Assembly: GCA_016840065.1 (NCBI GenBank)
Contig: JAEOTB010000042.1
Location: 1 to 36,387 of the forward strand
DNA length: 36,387 nucleotides
Origin: Candidatus Hermodarchaeota archaeon
GTDB lineage: Archaea > Asgardarchaeota > Hermodarchaeia > Hermodarchaeales > Hermodarchaeaceae
Direction: 5' to 3'
A program made the translations under genes and the position numbers. Under the pieces are notes generated by a model. It saw only the letters and a program-made list of their open reading frames with translations, did not search any database and was not told the DNA's origin. Positions 1 to 8,494 of the stretch are shown piece by piece. Numbering within the stretch: position 1 is the first letter of the stretch; each line of letters begins with the position of its first letter.

Positions 1-2
1 GG

Positions 3-320
3 CTTCTCCTAGTTGCGGGGATAGTTTCCCTTCTGCCAATTGGAGAGCCTCTCTCTACTGCCCTTATCCTTCAGTCTTTTGGGTGGTGGCTTTTTCTACC
101 CTATTTCATTAGCGGGGGTATATTCATCAGTGCAGCATTCTTTGCCGCCCTTTGGATCCCAGAAATGCGATTACAACGTCCCACTCACTTTACGGCACCT
201 GTAACTGATGTTGAGACGCCGAAAACTAGAGAGATGTTCGTTTGCCCCAACTGCAGAACACCTTTGTTGGGTGATGAGAGGTTCTGCCCAGGATGTGGCA
301 AAGTTTTAAGAAGAGGCTAA
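3..320 (+). CDS. 5'-truncated membrane protein with C-terminal zinc ribbon
   Basis: Manual translation, open from position 3 to TAA at 318-320: hydrophobic segments (LLLVAGIVSLLP..., GWWLFLPYFISGGIFISAAFFAALW), then CPNCRTPLLGDERFCPGCGK (two CxxC). Not in the ORF track. Confidence 0.8.
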   Translation, partial: LLLVAGIVSLLPIGEPLSTALILQSFGWWLFLPYFISGGIFISAAFFAALWIPEMRLQRPTHFTAPVTDVETPKTREMFVCPNCRTPLLGDERFCPGCGKVLRRG

Positions 321-420
321 AGGAATCACGTTTTCAGGCTTCGCAAGGTTTTCATGTATCCACACCCCCCCACCCCTTAATAGCCAGCACACAGAAAATA
401 AAGGAGGTTTTGAGGAGACA

Positions 421-1706
421 GGAAAAATGGTCTTGGTAACAACGCCCCTGCGGACCCCCAATATGATTATCCACAGGGCCTACAAGACCGAGATTCGCCC
501 CACCAACAAACAACGCAGCCTCCTACTGCAGCACGCTGGCACCGCACGCTTCGCCTACAACTGGGGACTCACCCAGAAAATCCAAGCCTACCAGAAGACA
601 GGAAAATCTCCGGGCGCCATAGATCTTCATAAAGAACTAAACCAGCTCAAGCCTATCCACTTCCCCTGGATGTATGAGGTGTCCAAGTGCGCCCCCCAAG
701 AAGCCCTCAGAGACCTAGATCGGGCCTTCAAGAACTTCTTCCGCCGCCTCAAGACCGGAGAAAAGCCCGGATTCCCCCGCTACAAGAGCCGCAAACAGGG
801 CATCGGCTCCTTCAGGCTCCATGGCACCATCAAGGTCTACAAGGACCGCGTCCAGCTCCCTCGACTGGGCACAATCAGACTCAAGGAGAGAGACTACCTG
901 CCCTATGAGCGCCCTTGGTGCCGGGTGTTGTCGGCTACGGTGTCTGAGAAGGCGGGGCGATGGTATGTGTCGGTGCATGTTGAGGAACGCATCACCATAC
1001 CCGAAAACAAAGGACCAAAGGCGGGGGCTGACTGGGGAGTGGCTAGTCTCCTGACGGTTTCGGATGGCACCGAGTTCAAAAACCCTAGGGCCCTTTCCCG
1101 TTATGATCGCAAGCTTCGCAGGGCTCAGCGCAGCCTCTCCAGAAAGAAGCGGGGCAGCCGAAACCGGGCAAAGGCGCGGCTCAGGCTCCAGCGGCTCCAC
1201 GCACGGGTCGCCAACATCCGTCGTGATGCACTTCACAAGACTTCGTCGTGGCTGGCGAAAACCAAGTCAGCTATTGTTATCGAGGACCTACACATAGAGT
1301 GCATGCGGAAGAATCACAGAATCGCAGGGGCAATCTCTGACGCAGGTTTTGGTGAGCTGCGCCGACAGCTCGCCTACAAGACCCGGTGGTATGGGTCCCA
1401 GCTCTACACGGCGCCCAGGTTCTACCCCTCCTCAAAACGCTGCTCAAGGTGTGGATACATTAAGGAGGAGCTGGCTTTGTCTGAGCGGGTCTTTCGCTGC
1501 GAGCATTGTGGGTTGGTCATTGGGCGTGATTTAAATTCGTCCTTGAATCTTTTGTGGTTGTTGGTCGCCGCCAGTTGGGCGGAGACCCTAAACGCCTGGC
1601 TGAGGCGGGAGGTCGCAACCCCTCACGGGGTGGTGCCCACCTATGATGCAGGAACCAAACACCAAACCTACCCTAGCGGCAGGATTGGATAAGATTTGGA
1701 CAACGG
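421..1706 (+). mobile_element. Solo-TnpB insertion element with IS607-type right end (no tnpA); left boundary approximate
   Basis: Similarity to the copy at 34107-35392 runs from GGAAAAATGG (421) to GATTTGGACAACGG (1706) and stops abruptly after the terminal GG. No transposase or serine recombinase gene adjacent. Confidence 0.75.
427..1692 (+). CDS. tnpB: RNA-guided endonuclease TnpB (IS200/IS605/IS607 superfamily)
   Basis: N-terminal HRAYKTEIRP/ARFAYNWGL, GFPRYKSRK, RuvC-I GADWG, RuvC-II IEDL, zinc finger PSSKRCSRCG...CEHCG, RuvC-III RDLN; D-E-D triad intact. Confidence 0.96.
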   Translation: MVLVTTPLRTPNMIIHRAYKTEIRPTNKQRSLLLQHAGTARFAYNWGLTQKIQAYQKTGKSPGAIDLHKELNQLKPIHFPWMYEVSKCAPQEALRDLDRAFKNFFRRLKTGEKPGFPRYKSRKQGIGSFRLHGTIKVYKDRVQLPRLGTIRLKERDYLPYERPWCRVLSATVSEKAGRWYVSVHVEERITIPENKGPKAGADWGVASLLTVSDGTEFKNPRALSRYDRKLRRAQRSLSRKKRGSRNRAKARLRLQRLHARVANIRRDALHKTSSWLAKTKSAIVIEDLHIECMRKNHRIAGAISDAGFGELRRQLAYKTRWYGSQLYTAPRFYPSSKRCSRCGYIKEELALSERVFRCEHCGLVIGRDLNSSLNLLWLLVAASWAETLNAWLRREVATPHGVVPTYDAGTKHQTYPSGRIG

Positions 1707-1722
1707 CTAAAATTTATCATGT
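1563..1722 (+). ncRNA. Predicted TnpB omegaRNA (reRNA) scaffold plus flank-derived guide (CTAAAATTTATCATGT...)
   Basis: GTCGCCGCCAGTTGGGCGGAGACCCTAAACGC...GATGCAGGAACCAAACACCAA...TTGGACAACGG is conserved with the second TnpB copy. TnpB omegaRNAs are known to overlap the ORF 3' end and right end. The 5' end and guide length are estimates. Confidence 0.7.
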
Positions 1723-1754
1723 GAAAAGGAAATGAATGTACAGGTGTTTATAGA

Positions 1755-2180
1755 TTGAGTACCAGGAAACAATTTTGGGAGCTTGTTCGGTTCCTTGTTG
1801 TCGTTGGGGTTCTTCTCTGCCTTGTGGGTTTAGTGTTAATTGCTCCGAGCCTACTTATCTTCTTGGAAGGTATGTTGCTCATGGAGACCATGACTGTATT
1901 TGCTGTTACGCTGCTGGCCAGCCCTTTTATCAAAATCATCCTCAGCTTAATACTGTTCAGGAAAGGATTGAATTTACTCTATGTTAAGAGAACAAAGAAG
2001 TGGGGCGTCTTCGTTCACATCTTATTTGGCATTCTAACCATTGTACCCTTCTTTGTCGGGGATCCCTCTATGATTATCCTAATAATATTGACTCTCGGCC
2101 CCTTGCCCTTCATCCCCTATTTCATCGCAGGAAGTCTATTCATTCTCGCGGGAATCATGGGATGGCGGTGGAAGCGATAA
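1755..2180 (+). CDS. Hypothetical membrane protein (~4 TM)
   Basis: 141-aa ORF with TTG start after AGGTG, dominated by hydrophobic helices, basic C-terminus WRWKR. Confidence 0.7.
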   Translation: MSTRKQFWELVRFLVVVGVLLCLVGLVLIAPSLLIFLEGMLLMETMTVFAVTLLASPFIKIILSLILFRKGLNLLYVKRTKKWGVFVHILFGILTIVPFFVGDPSMIILIILTLGPLPFIPYFIAGSLFILAGIMGWRWKR

Positions 2181-2265
2181 GACCTCATGATTATAGACTT
2201 TGATATTTCATGAAGTAGTTTGCCAGTTCAATAAGGTTTAATTAGGATTCTACGCGATTAATATT

Positions 2266-2325
2266 TGACAAGAAACGGAGGACTGTCTCCGGACCAAGAT
2301 AATGGTCGGGGATAGTTTCTTGTCA
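2266..2325. other. Long inverted repeat / hairpin between convergent genes
   Basis: TGACAAGAAAC (2266-2276) is the exact reverse complement of GTTTCTTGTCA (2315-2325); inner stem GACCA/TGGTC. Confidence 0.6.
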
Positions 2326-2333
2326 CTGCTTCT

Positions 2334-3401
2334 CTACCAGTCTGGTGTTAGGGCGACCTTTGCAGCTTGTTTCTTGATGATGAGGTCGAAGCCCTCTATG
2401 GCATCCTTGATGGGCAGTGTATGTGTAATGACCTGACTGACCTTCTTTCTGAAGCTTGGGCGACTGAGAAGCCCTCGTACTTGATACCAGGTTCGGTACA
2501 TGAGCCTGCCACTGATTCCGTAGATTGTGGCGGCTTTGAATATCATCAGTCGGTTCAGGTCGACTTCAAAGGGTTTTGGAAACACCCCAAGTAATCCGAC
2601 CCTGCCGCCAGCTGTTAAGGCTTCAAAACATGTGACGAGGCCGTCTGGATGCCCACTCATTTCAGCGGCGACATCAACTCCATCACCGTCGGTTGCATCA
2701 CGGATTGCTGCGACGATGGCCTCTCGTCCCTCTTCACGTGCGCTGAAAACCCTGTCTGCGCCCATCTTCTTAGCCAGTTGCATGCGGGTCTTGTTCCGAC
2801 CCCCAGCAGTAGCGAACACCTTAGCAGCCCCTAATTCCTTCGCTACAGCCACAGCCATCAGCCCGATGGGTCCCATACCGATGACTGCTACATTTCGTCC
2901 AGCAATGTCTTCTGTATTACCGATGGGTAGTAGCGTTTGAACCGCGTTCCCCAGAGGCTCTTGAATCGCTGCTACTCGTGGGTCAAGGTTTGGGTCGTTC
3001 TTCCAAGCATTGTGTGCGGGTAGTGACACGTATTCGGCGAATACACCGGCTCGGTCCACACCCAAAATGGTCATGTTCCGGCAGATATGTTCTCTTCCAG
3101 TCAGGCATTGAAGGCAGGTCCTATCTACTATGTGGGTTTCGGCGGACACGGTATCACCCACCTTTAGGTGGCTGACACGTTTTCCTACCTTAATGATTTC
3201 ACCAGACATTTCGTGTCCGACGATGAGAGGGGGCTTGATACGCCCAGCCGCCCATTGGTCCCACTCATAAATGTGAACGTCTGTACCACAGATTGAGGCC
3301 GCTTTTACTTCGACAAGGACGTCGTCGTCGTCGATTGTTGGTTTGTCCACAGTGGCCCGCTGTACACCAGGTCCTGCACTCTTTTTCAGCCAAGCTTCCA
3401 T
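2334..3401 (-). CDS. tdh: L-threonine 3-dehydrogenase (Zn-dependent MDR family)
   Basis: ASICGTDVHIYEWDQWAAGRIKPPLIVGHE, VSAETHI, GMGPIG nucleotide-binding motif, IYGISGRLMYRTWYQ. Confidence 0.92.
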   Translation of the reverse strand: MEAWLKKSAGPGVQRATVDKPTIDDDDVLVEVKAASICGTDVHIYEWDQWAAGRIKPPLIVGHEMSGEIIKVGKRVSHLKVGDTVSAETHIVDRTCLQCLTGREHICRNMTILGVDRAGVFAEYVSLPAHNAWKNDPNLDPRVAAIQEPLGNAVQTLLPIGNTEDIAGRNVAVIGMGPIGLMAVAVAKELGAAKVFATAGGRNKTRMQLAKKMGADRVFSAREEGREAIVAAIRDATDGDGVDVAAEMSGHPDGLVTCFEALTAGGRVGLLGVFPKPFEVDLNRLMIFKAATIYGISGRLMYRTWYQVRGLLSRPSFRKKVSQVITHTLPIKDAIEGFDLIIKKQAAKVALTPDW

Positions 3402-3512
3402 TGGATGTCACCTATTTGAGTTTGAGCCGTTATCTAAAAGAGATGTATTTGTTCTTTGTGTTATCACGAACTTTTAACTAGTTATTATTACTTTGAAATG
3501 AAGCGGTGTTGG

Positions 3513-4061
3513 TTATCGCTTTATGCTGATTTCTATCGCATCGTAGTCAGGTTCTTCGTATCTGCTGTCGTATTTACCCGAACTTCTAACGTATTCAAGA
3601 TATTCTTTCATCTGGAGTGCAAAGTTTTTCACGTTATCAGCGACAACCACACAACCGATGCTGAGTTGGTCTTCAACGAGTTGGAGATATTCAAGGTACT
3701 GATCCTTGGCAGCATCGATGAATACAAAATCGAAAGAGCCCTCAAGGGTTGATAATACATCTCGTGCGTCACCGACCAACACTTCTATTTTGGGCTTGAT
3801 CCCAGCGCGTTGGATGTTCGCCCAAGCCCGCTGGGCTGTCTCAGGATCGATTTCGATAGTGATGAGAGAAGCGTCCTCACCCATTTCTTTACCCATAAGA
3901 ATTGCTGAATACCCCTCATTTGTACCGATTTCCAGAACTCTCTTGGGTTTGTGTTCTTGAACTAGACTGACGAGGAGTTTGCCACGACCAGGCCCTACAA
4001 TCATCCTCGAACCGCTTGCTAAGATTTCACGAAGTACTTCTTTAGACCTATCAGAATCCAT
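3513..4061 (-). CDS. Class I SAM-dependent O-methyltransferase (COMT/CCoAOMT-like)
   Basis: PKRVLEIGTNEGYSAI motif I; FDFVFIDAAKDQYLEY; VVADNV. Confidence 0.9.
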   Translation of the reverse strand: MDSDRSKEVLREILASGSRMIVGPGRGKLLVSLVQEHKPKRVLEIGTNEGYSAILMGKEMGEDASLITIEIDPETAQRAWANIQRAGIKPKIEVLVGDARDVLSTLEGSFDFVFIDAAKDQYLEYLQLVEDQLSIGCVVVADNVKNFALQMKEYLEYVRSSGKYDSRYEEPDYDAIEISIKR

Positions 4062-4083
4062 AATCCAAAACCATCCTTAATTC

Positions 4084-4731
4084 CTAATCCCGTTTAATCA
4101 TTGAAATGGAATCTGTTGGACAACTGGAAACACAGACTCCACAGCCGAAACATTTTGCTGCGTCATAGACAAGGTCACCCTTCTCAAATTGACGAGCTTG
4201 GAAGTGACAGCGATCCACACAAACTCCACAGCTTAAGCAGGTCTCAGAGTTCTGTGATGCAACTAGGGCGGATGCTGCGACTGTATCAGGGACATCGAAT
4301 CGCATCAGTCCGCTGAGAGCATGACAGCAACAGGCACAGCAGCTACAGATGATAAAGGGTTGGGTGTCACCCTTCATTGTGTAAGCAATATGAACTAGTC
4401 CTGCCTCGTGCGAGCGTTTCAGTGCGTCCACTGCTTGTTCAATGTCTACCTTTCGGTATTTTCCCTGCTTTATCACGAGTTCTGCCTCTTTGTCTAAGTT
4501 GAGACAAACATCTAGGGGTGCATCACACTTCTGTAGGGATTTCCGGCACCCACAATCTCCTAACGCAATTTGAGTAGCATTACGGAGAATCTCCTCAACT
4601 TCATGGAGGTCGAAGATCCGGGTTTTCCCCTCTAATCGAATGTCGACAGGAATCGTCACTGCCGTCATCGTTTCCATTTCACTTACAATCTCTTCTCGGG
4701 TCCAGTCTTCCTTTTCCGGCATAGTATTCAC
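4084..4731 (-). CDS. 4Fe-4S dicluster ferredoxin-domain protein
   Basis: CLSCGVCVDRCHF and CFGCGVCVSSCP motifs; N-terminal Cys cluster CGCR...C...C...ICSCCACCCH. Confidence 0.88.
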   Translation of the reverse strand: MNTMPEKEDWTREEIVSEMETMTAVTIPVDIRLEGKTRIFDLHEVEEILRNATQIALGDCGCRKSLQKCDAPLDVCLNLDKEAELVIKQGKYRKVDIEQAVDALKRSHEAGLVHIAYTMKGDTQPFIICSCCACCCHALSGLMRFDVPDTVAASALVASQNSETCLSCGVCVDRCHFQARQFEKGDLVYDAAKCFGCGVCVSSCPTDSISMIKRD

Positions 4732-4775
4732 ACAGCAGTTACTGAGGAGAATAGGTTCTGTTTAATAATTTTCGT

Positions 4776-5381
4776 TTATTGATTGCGGCGTATCTGAATA
4801 CTACCATCTCTTTCGAGTGTGGTTTCGAGCCGTATCGTATGCATACCGGATTCTATTTCGAAGGTGAATTCACCATGGGCTTTCCAGATCTTATCCCCTC
4901 CTTCCAGTTTTGACCTGAAAACTAGAAGTAAACTAAATTGATGTTTTCCTAGCCCAATGGATCCATCGAATATGAGAAGCTCCTGTTTTTGAGCTAGTGT
5001 CTCATCTATCGAAACGGTGATTGGTTTATCGTCGAGGTGTACATACGCGCCTTGTAACACTAGTCCATCCACTTTGTTGAGGTGTAGCAATCGTAGCTTG
5101 GCCCCCCCTGGTACGCGATAGGTTAGTAGATGTTTTCTTAATCCAGCTGCAATCTGTTCAGGCATCTTTTGTATAGGACCGTTACTGAAGAACTCTTCAA
5201 ATGTCTGGAATCCCCCGAAATAACCTCCCCCAGACTGGACAGACCAATCTGTACCAACATATGTCAGTCCTGAGTGTTTGATGTGGACCTCCATCCAATG
5301 ATCCTTTTCCTGAGTGAAGTACCATTTCAATTCTAGTGGAGGAACCTGTGAGTAATCCCAGATTATCTCGTCTTCGCTCAT
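4776..5381 (-). CDS. Hypothetical protein
   Basis: ~200-aa globular-looking ORF co-oriented with neighbours. Start placed at MSEDEIIW (5381); the ORF track extends it to 5438. No recognised motif. Confidence 0.65.
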   Translation of the reverse strand: MSEDEIIWDYSQVPPLELKWYFTQEKDHWMEVHIKHSGLTYVGTDWSVQSGGGYFGGFQTFEEFFSNGPIQKMPEQIAAGLRKHLLTYRVPGGAKLRLLHLNKVDGLVLQGAYVHLDDKPITVSIDETLAQKQELLIFDGSIGLGKHQFSLLLVFRSKLEGGDKIWKAHGEFTFEIESGMHTIRLETTLERDGSIQIRRNQ

Positions 5382-5465
5382 TTTTTGGTTGACCAGCCTA
5401 TGACTATGCTTTAGGTCAGAGATTAAGTATTTTATCATCCATGGAGTAACACAGTAAAGTGTTAG

Positions 5466-6230
5466 GTGACACTTGTGACGAATCTTGTCAGAGCAATCAA
5501 AGAATTCTTAGATGAACGTGGTGCCGCCATTATTGGCACTGTACCTTCCTCTGAGGTGAAAGACGCGCTTCAAATCAGTGGCACCTCCTTGATGGAGAAG
5601 GCTCAGTCAGTGGTGTGCTTTGGGTTCCCACTCCCAGAAGGCATTTTCAAAACAGCTGCTCTCAGAGAATCACATTATTGGCGGGCGGCTAATATGCTGT
5701 ACCGCCGCATCGATTTTCTAACCCTCGACGCCGCCAACTTTCTTGAAATCAAGGGACACCTTAGCTTGCCTTTGTTTACATGTTTTCCCCAGTACACAGA
5801 GCGTCCACGTTTTATCGGCGCTGCTCAGTTAGTTCCCGTTGCCGTGGCTGCTGGATTGGGTGGATTGGCTAAATGCGGACTTTTGTTATCAGATGATTTT
5901 GGGCTTCGCTTACTTATTGGCGGAATCATCACAACGGCTAATATTAGCCTCAAGCGACAAGAGACATCGGTGGAGTGTCCTAAAGACTGTTGGAAGTGCA
6001 TCGATGCCTGTCCAGTTAAAGCTATTAGCCGAACTGGTAAAGTTGACCATGAAAGCTGCCTACGCCACTCTACGCGCAACCCCCTCTTCACTGAGTATTC
6101 TCGAGATAAGGCTCTTAGAGAAAAATACGGATTCGATCTACTTCTGAATGTCCTTGGTGCCGAGGACCATTCTATGTACACCTGTATCGAGTGTGTCCGA
6201 GCCTGTCCAAAAAATAGTCCCAAACGCTAG
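5466..6230 (+). CDS. Epoxyqueuosine reductase (QueG)-like 4Fe-4S protein
   Basis: AVAAGLGGLAKCGLLLSDDFGLRLLIGGIITTA, CPKDCWKCIDACPVKAI and CIECVRACP, as in QueG/reductive-dehalogenase-fold proteins. Confidence 0.82.
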   Translation: MTLVTNLVRAIKEFLDERGAAIIGTVPSSEVKDALQISGTSLMEKAQSVVCFGFPLPEGIFKTAALRESHYWRAANMLYRRIDFLTLDAANFLEIKGHLSLPLFTCFPQYTERPRFIGAAQLVPVAVAAGLGGLAKCGLLLSDDFGLRLLIGGIITTANISLKRQETSVECPKDCWKCIDACPVKAISRTGKVDHESCLRHSTRNPLFTEYSRDKALREKYGFDLLLNVLGAEDHSMYTCIECVRACPKNSPKR

Positions 6231-6316
6231 TATCAGATTCAACGTTATTCACCGAAAGTGAAATAAGCTTCGACCTCGTATTCCTCAGTGCCTATAAACC
6301 AGGATTCGTGAGTACA

Positions 6317-6583
6317 ATGCCTGTTGAAGAAGTTGAGAAGAGATCAGGAAAGACTGAGCCTTTCGTCAGAGAAAAGATAGTCGTTGCCTGCGTGAAGGCT
6401 GGCGCTTCTCCAGAAGAAGCAAGACGAATTGCAGACCTTGTTGCGGATACCCCAGATAGGAGAGTACGAAGCGAGACCATTCGTGGACGAGTGCTTAAAG
6501 AATTAGGCCGCAGCAGCCCCTCTGCCAGGGACAGTTGGCTATCATATGATAAGTCAAGAGGAAGAGCTCTACCACAATTCTAG
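6317..6583 (+). CDS. Stand-alone ATP-cone domain protein
   Basis: VEKRSGKTEPFVREKIVVACVKAG...SETIRGRVLKEL fits the ATP-cone consensus (V.KRdG..e.Fd..KI). ATG at 6317; ORF open from GTG 6308. Confidence 0.85.
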   Translation: MPVEEVEKRSGKTEPFVREKIVVACVKAGASPEEARRIADLVADTPDRRVRSETIRGRVLKELGRSSPSARDSWLSYDKSRGRALPQF

Positions 6584-6716
6584 AACAAAACACAAAGAAA
6601 AACAACCCGGGTGTCTCAAGGATTATTTGCAACTATTGAGACTGGAGAAACGTTCTTGTCAATTCCGTGCATAGTTCTCAAGCGTTAATGTTTTCCCATC
6701 ATTACCTAAGCAGATT

Positions 6717-6796
6717 GGGGCAGTGCCCGCCTATGATGCAGGAACCAAACACCAAACTAGATTTAGTTTCCTGTTTGGGTAGGTTTTGGACAACTG
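6717..6796 (+). mobile_element. Orphan TnpB right-end / omegaRNA 3' module (no ORF)
   Basis: GGGG.AGTGCCCGCCTATGATGCAGGAACCAAACACCAAAC...TTGGGTAGGTTTTGGACAACTG aligns without gaps to 1627-1706. Confidence 0.85.
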
Positions 6797-6841
6797 AAAC
6801 GTTTATTCTATGCAGCGTAATTTGTGATTGGTGGTTTTGCT

Positions 6842-7999
6842 ATGGATAATCGAAGTCCAAGTGATTATAGGATTGGTTTCTTACTCAACCCTATTGCTGG
6901 GCTTGGTGGAAGGGTGGGACTGAAGGGAACCGATGGTGTAATAGAGGAGGCGCTGCGTCGGGGGGCAGTCCCTATCGCGCCTGAGCGAGCACGCCAATTC
7001 TTCGAGACCCTATTCAGGTTAGTGCCGGCAGCATCTAATGCAAGGTGGATAACATGCCCTGCGCCTATGGGTGCTGGAATTACACAAGCTGCAGGAATTA
7101 CGGCTGAGGTGCTTCCGATGACCCTAGACGCCCCAACAACGGCAATGAATACTCGAGAAGCGGTTAAACTTCTTCTGGAGTCTAAAGTCGATCTTATCGT
7201 GTTTTGTGGTGGTGACGGCACCGCCAGAGACATCCTAGACGCCCTGCCAGATCCTAATGCAGTATTAGTTCTTGGAATCCCTGCAGGAGTCAAGATGTAT
7301 AGTGGCATCTTCGCTTTTTCAGCTGCGGCTGCTGCGGGTGTTGTTGCCGATTGGTTACTTGGAGCGACCCAAGTCCAGGATTTTGAGGTAATGGACGCTG
7401 ACGAGAAGGCAATCAGAGAGGATAGATTCGCAGTGAAGTTGTACGGGTACATAAGAGGACCACTCGTACCTGCTAGGATGCAAGGAGGGAAAATGGTTTC
7501 ACCCTCCTCAATCGATGAACAGGAGAACCAGGAAGCCGTCGCAAGGACCGTTATTGAAAAGATGGTGCCAGGTGACTGGTACATTCTCGGTCCAGGTACA
7601 ACAGTGCGGGTTTTAGCTGACCAACTGGGTATGGCGAAAACCCTTCTAGGCGTGGATTTGTATCGGGAGGGCATTATACACCGAGACGTAAATGAACAGC
7701 AATTACTAGAGAAGGTGACCGATTTCCTCCACGCATGGATTGTCGTTTCACCCATTGGGCACCAGGGAATGCTTTTCGGTCGAGGTAATCAACAGATTAG
7801 CCCTGACATAATCCGCCGCATTCCACCCGAACAAATTATAGTAATAGCTACTCATTCCAAAGTGAACAGCCTTGCTGAACGAGGGCTCCATGTAGACACA
7901 GGTGACCCAGAAGTGGATCGAATGCTCAGCGGCTACATCCGTGTGCTTGTAGATTATCGAACATGGCGGATGCTCAAAGTAAAAAACGGCACTCAATAA
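6842..7999 (+). CDS. ATP-NAD kinase / AcoX-like family protein
   Basis: IGFLLNPIAGLGGRVGLKGTDG, VFCGGDGTARD, GIPAGVKMYSGIFA, LFGRGNQQISP, VDTGD. ATG at 6842 (ORF open from 6824). Confidence 0.9.
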   Translation: MDNRSPSDYRIGFLLNPIAGLGGRVGLKGTDGVIEEALRRGAVPIAPERARQFFETLFRLVPAASNARWITCPAPMGAGITQAAGITAEVLPMTLDAPTTAMNTREAVKLLLESKVDLIVFCGGDGTARDILDALPDPNAVLVLGIPAGVKMYSGIFAFSAAAAAGVVADWLLGATQVQDFEVMDADEKAIREDRFAVKLYGYIRGPLVPARMQGGKMVSPSSIDEQENQEAVARTVIEKMVPGDWYILGPGTTVRVLADQLGMAKTLLGVDLYREGIIHRDVNEQQLLEKVTDFLHAWIVVSPIGHQGMLFGRGNQQISPDIIRRIPPEQIIVIATHSKVNSLAERGLHVDTGDPEVDRMLSGYIRVLVDYRTWRMLKVKNGTQ

Positions 8000-8081
8000 G
8001 GGAAAAACGCTGAAGTATGATTCAAATGCTAGAACGAAGACTTTTTCAAGTGGAAGGGAACAAGTCGATTGAATCAAAGGA

Positions 8082-8444
8082 TTGACAAATATGCCAGATG
8101 ATCCGAAACCAAGACCATCGGAAACTCCTCAAGCAGAACCGAAAACCGACGAGAGGGAAGACGACCAACAACCCGATGGAGTGGTAGATATCGCCGCACT
8201 TCCAGTTTGGCAGATTATTCCCATCTTTATGGGAATTCTAGACCGAGCCGCCTGGCAGCGAATTGGTTTGGTTGTCAACCCCCAGAGCCAGAAGATTGAG
8301 AAGGATTTAGAGCAAGCGCGAGTAGCCATAGACTGCTATGAGAGTCTACTCAAACAACTGGGTGACAAAATACCACCTGATGTGAAGCGTCATCTTGAGG
8401 GACGTTTAACTGATTTGAAGCTGAACTATTCCTCTCATCAATAA
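8082..8444 (+). CDS. DUF1844-like protein
   Basis: AWQRIGLVVNPQSQKIEKDLEQARVAID...LTDLKLNY resembles the DUF1844 pattern. Confidence 0.75.
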   Translation: MTNMPDDPKPRPSETPQAEPKTDEREDDQQPDGVVDIAALPVWQIIPIFMGILDRAAWQRIGLVVNPQSQKIEKDLEQARVAIDCYESLLKQLGDKIPPDVKRHLEGRLTDLKLNYSSHQ

Positions 8445-8494
8445 CCAATACCATTTATTTCCTATAAAGAAGCAAGAGATAGTTTGGGACGATT

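Noticed and set aside
6667-6849. 60-aa ORF overlapping the orphan right end
   Set aside because: It merely spans the non-coding TnpB end remnant and has no RBS or recognisable protein features.
6865-7755. Long antisense ORF (296 aa) and similar shadow ORFs (e.g. 715-1236, 2527-2940, 18785-19429)
   Set aside because: They lie opposite well-supported genes, have Ser/Pro/Thr-rich shadow composition and show no motifs.
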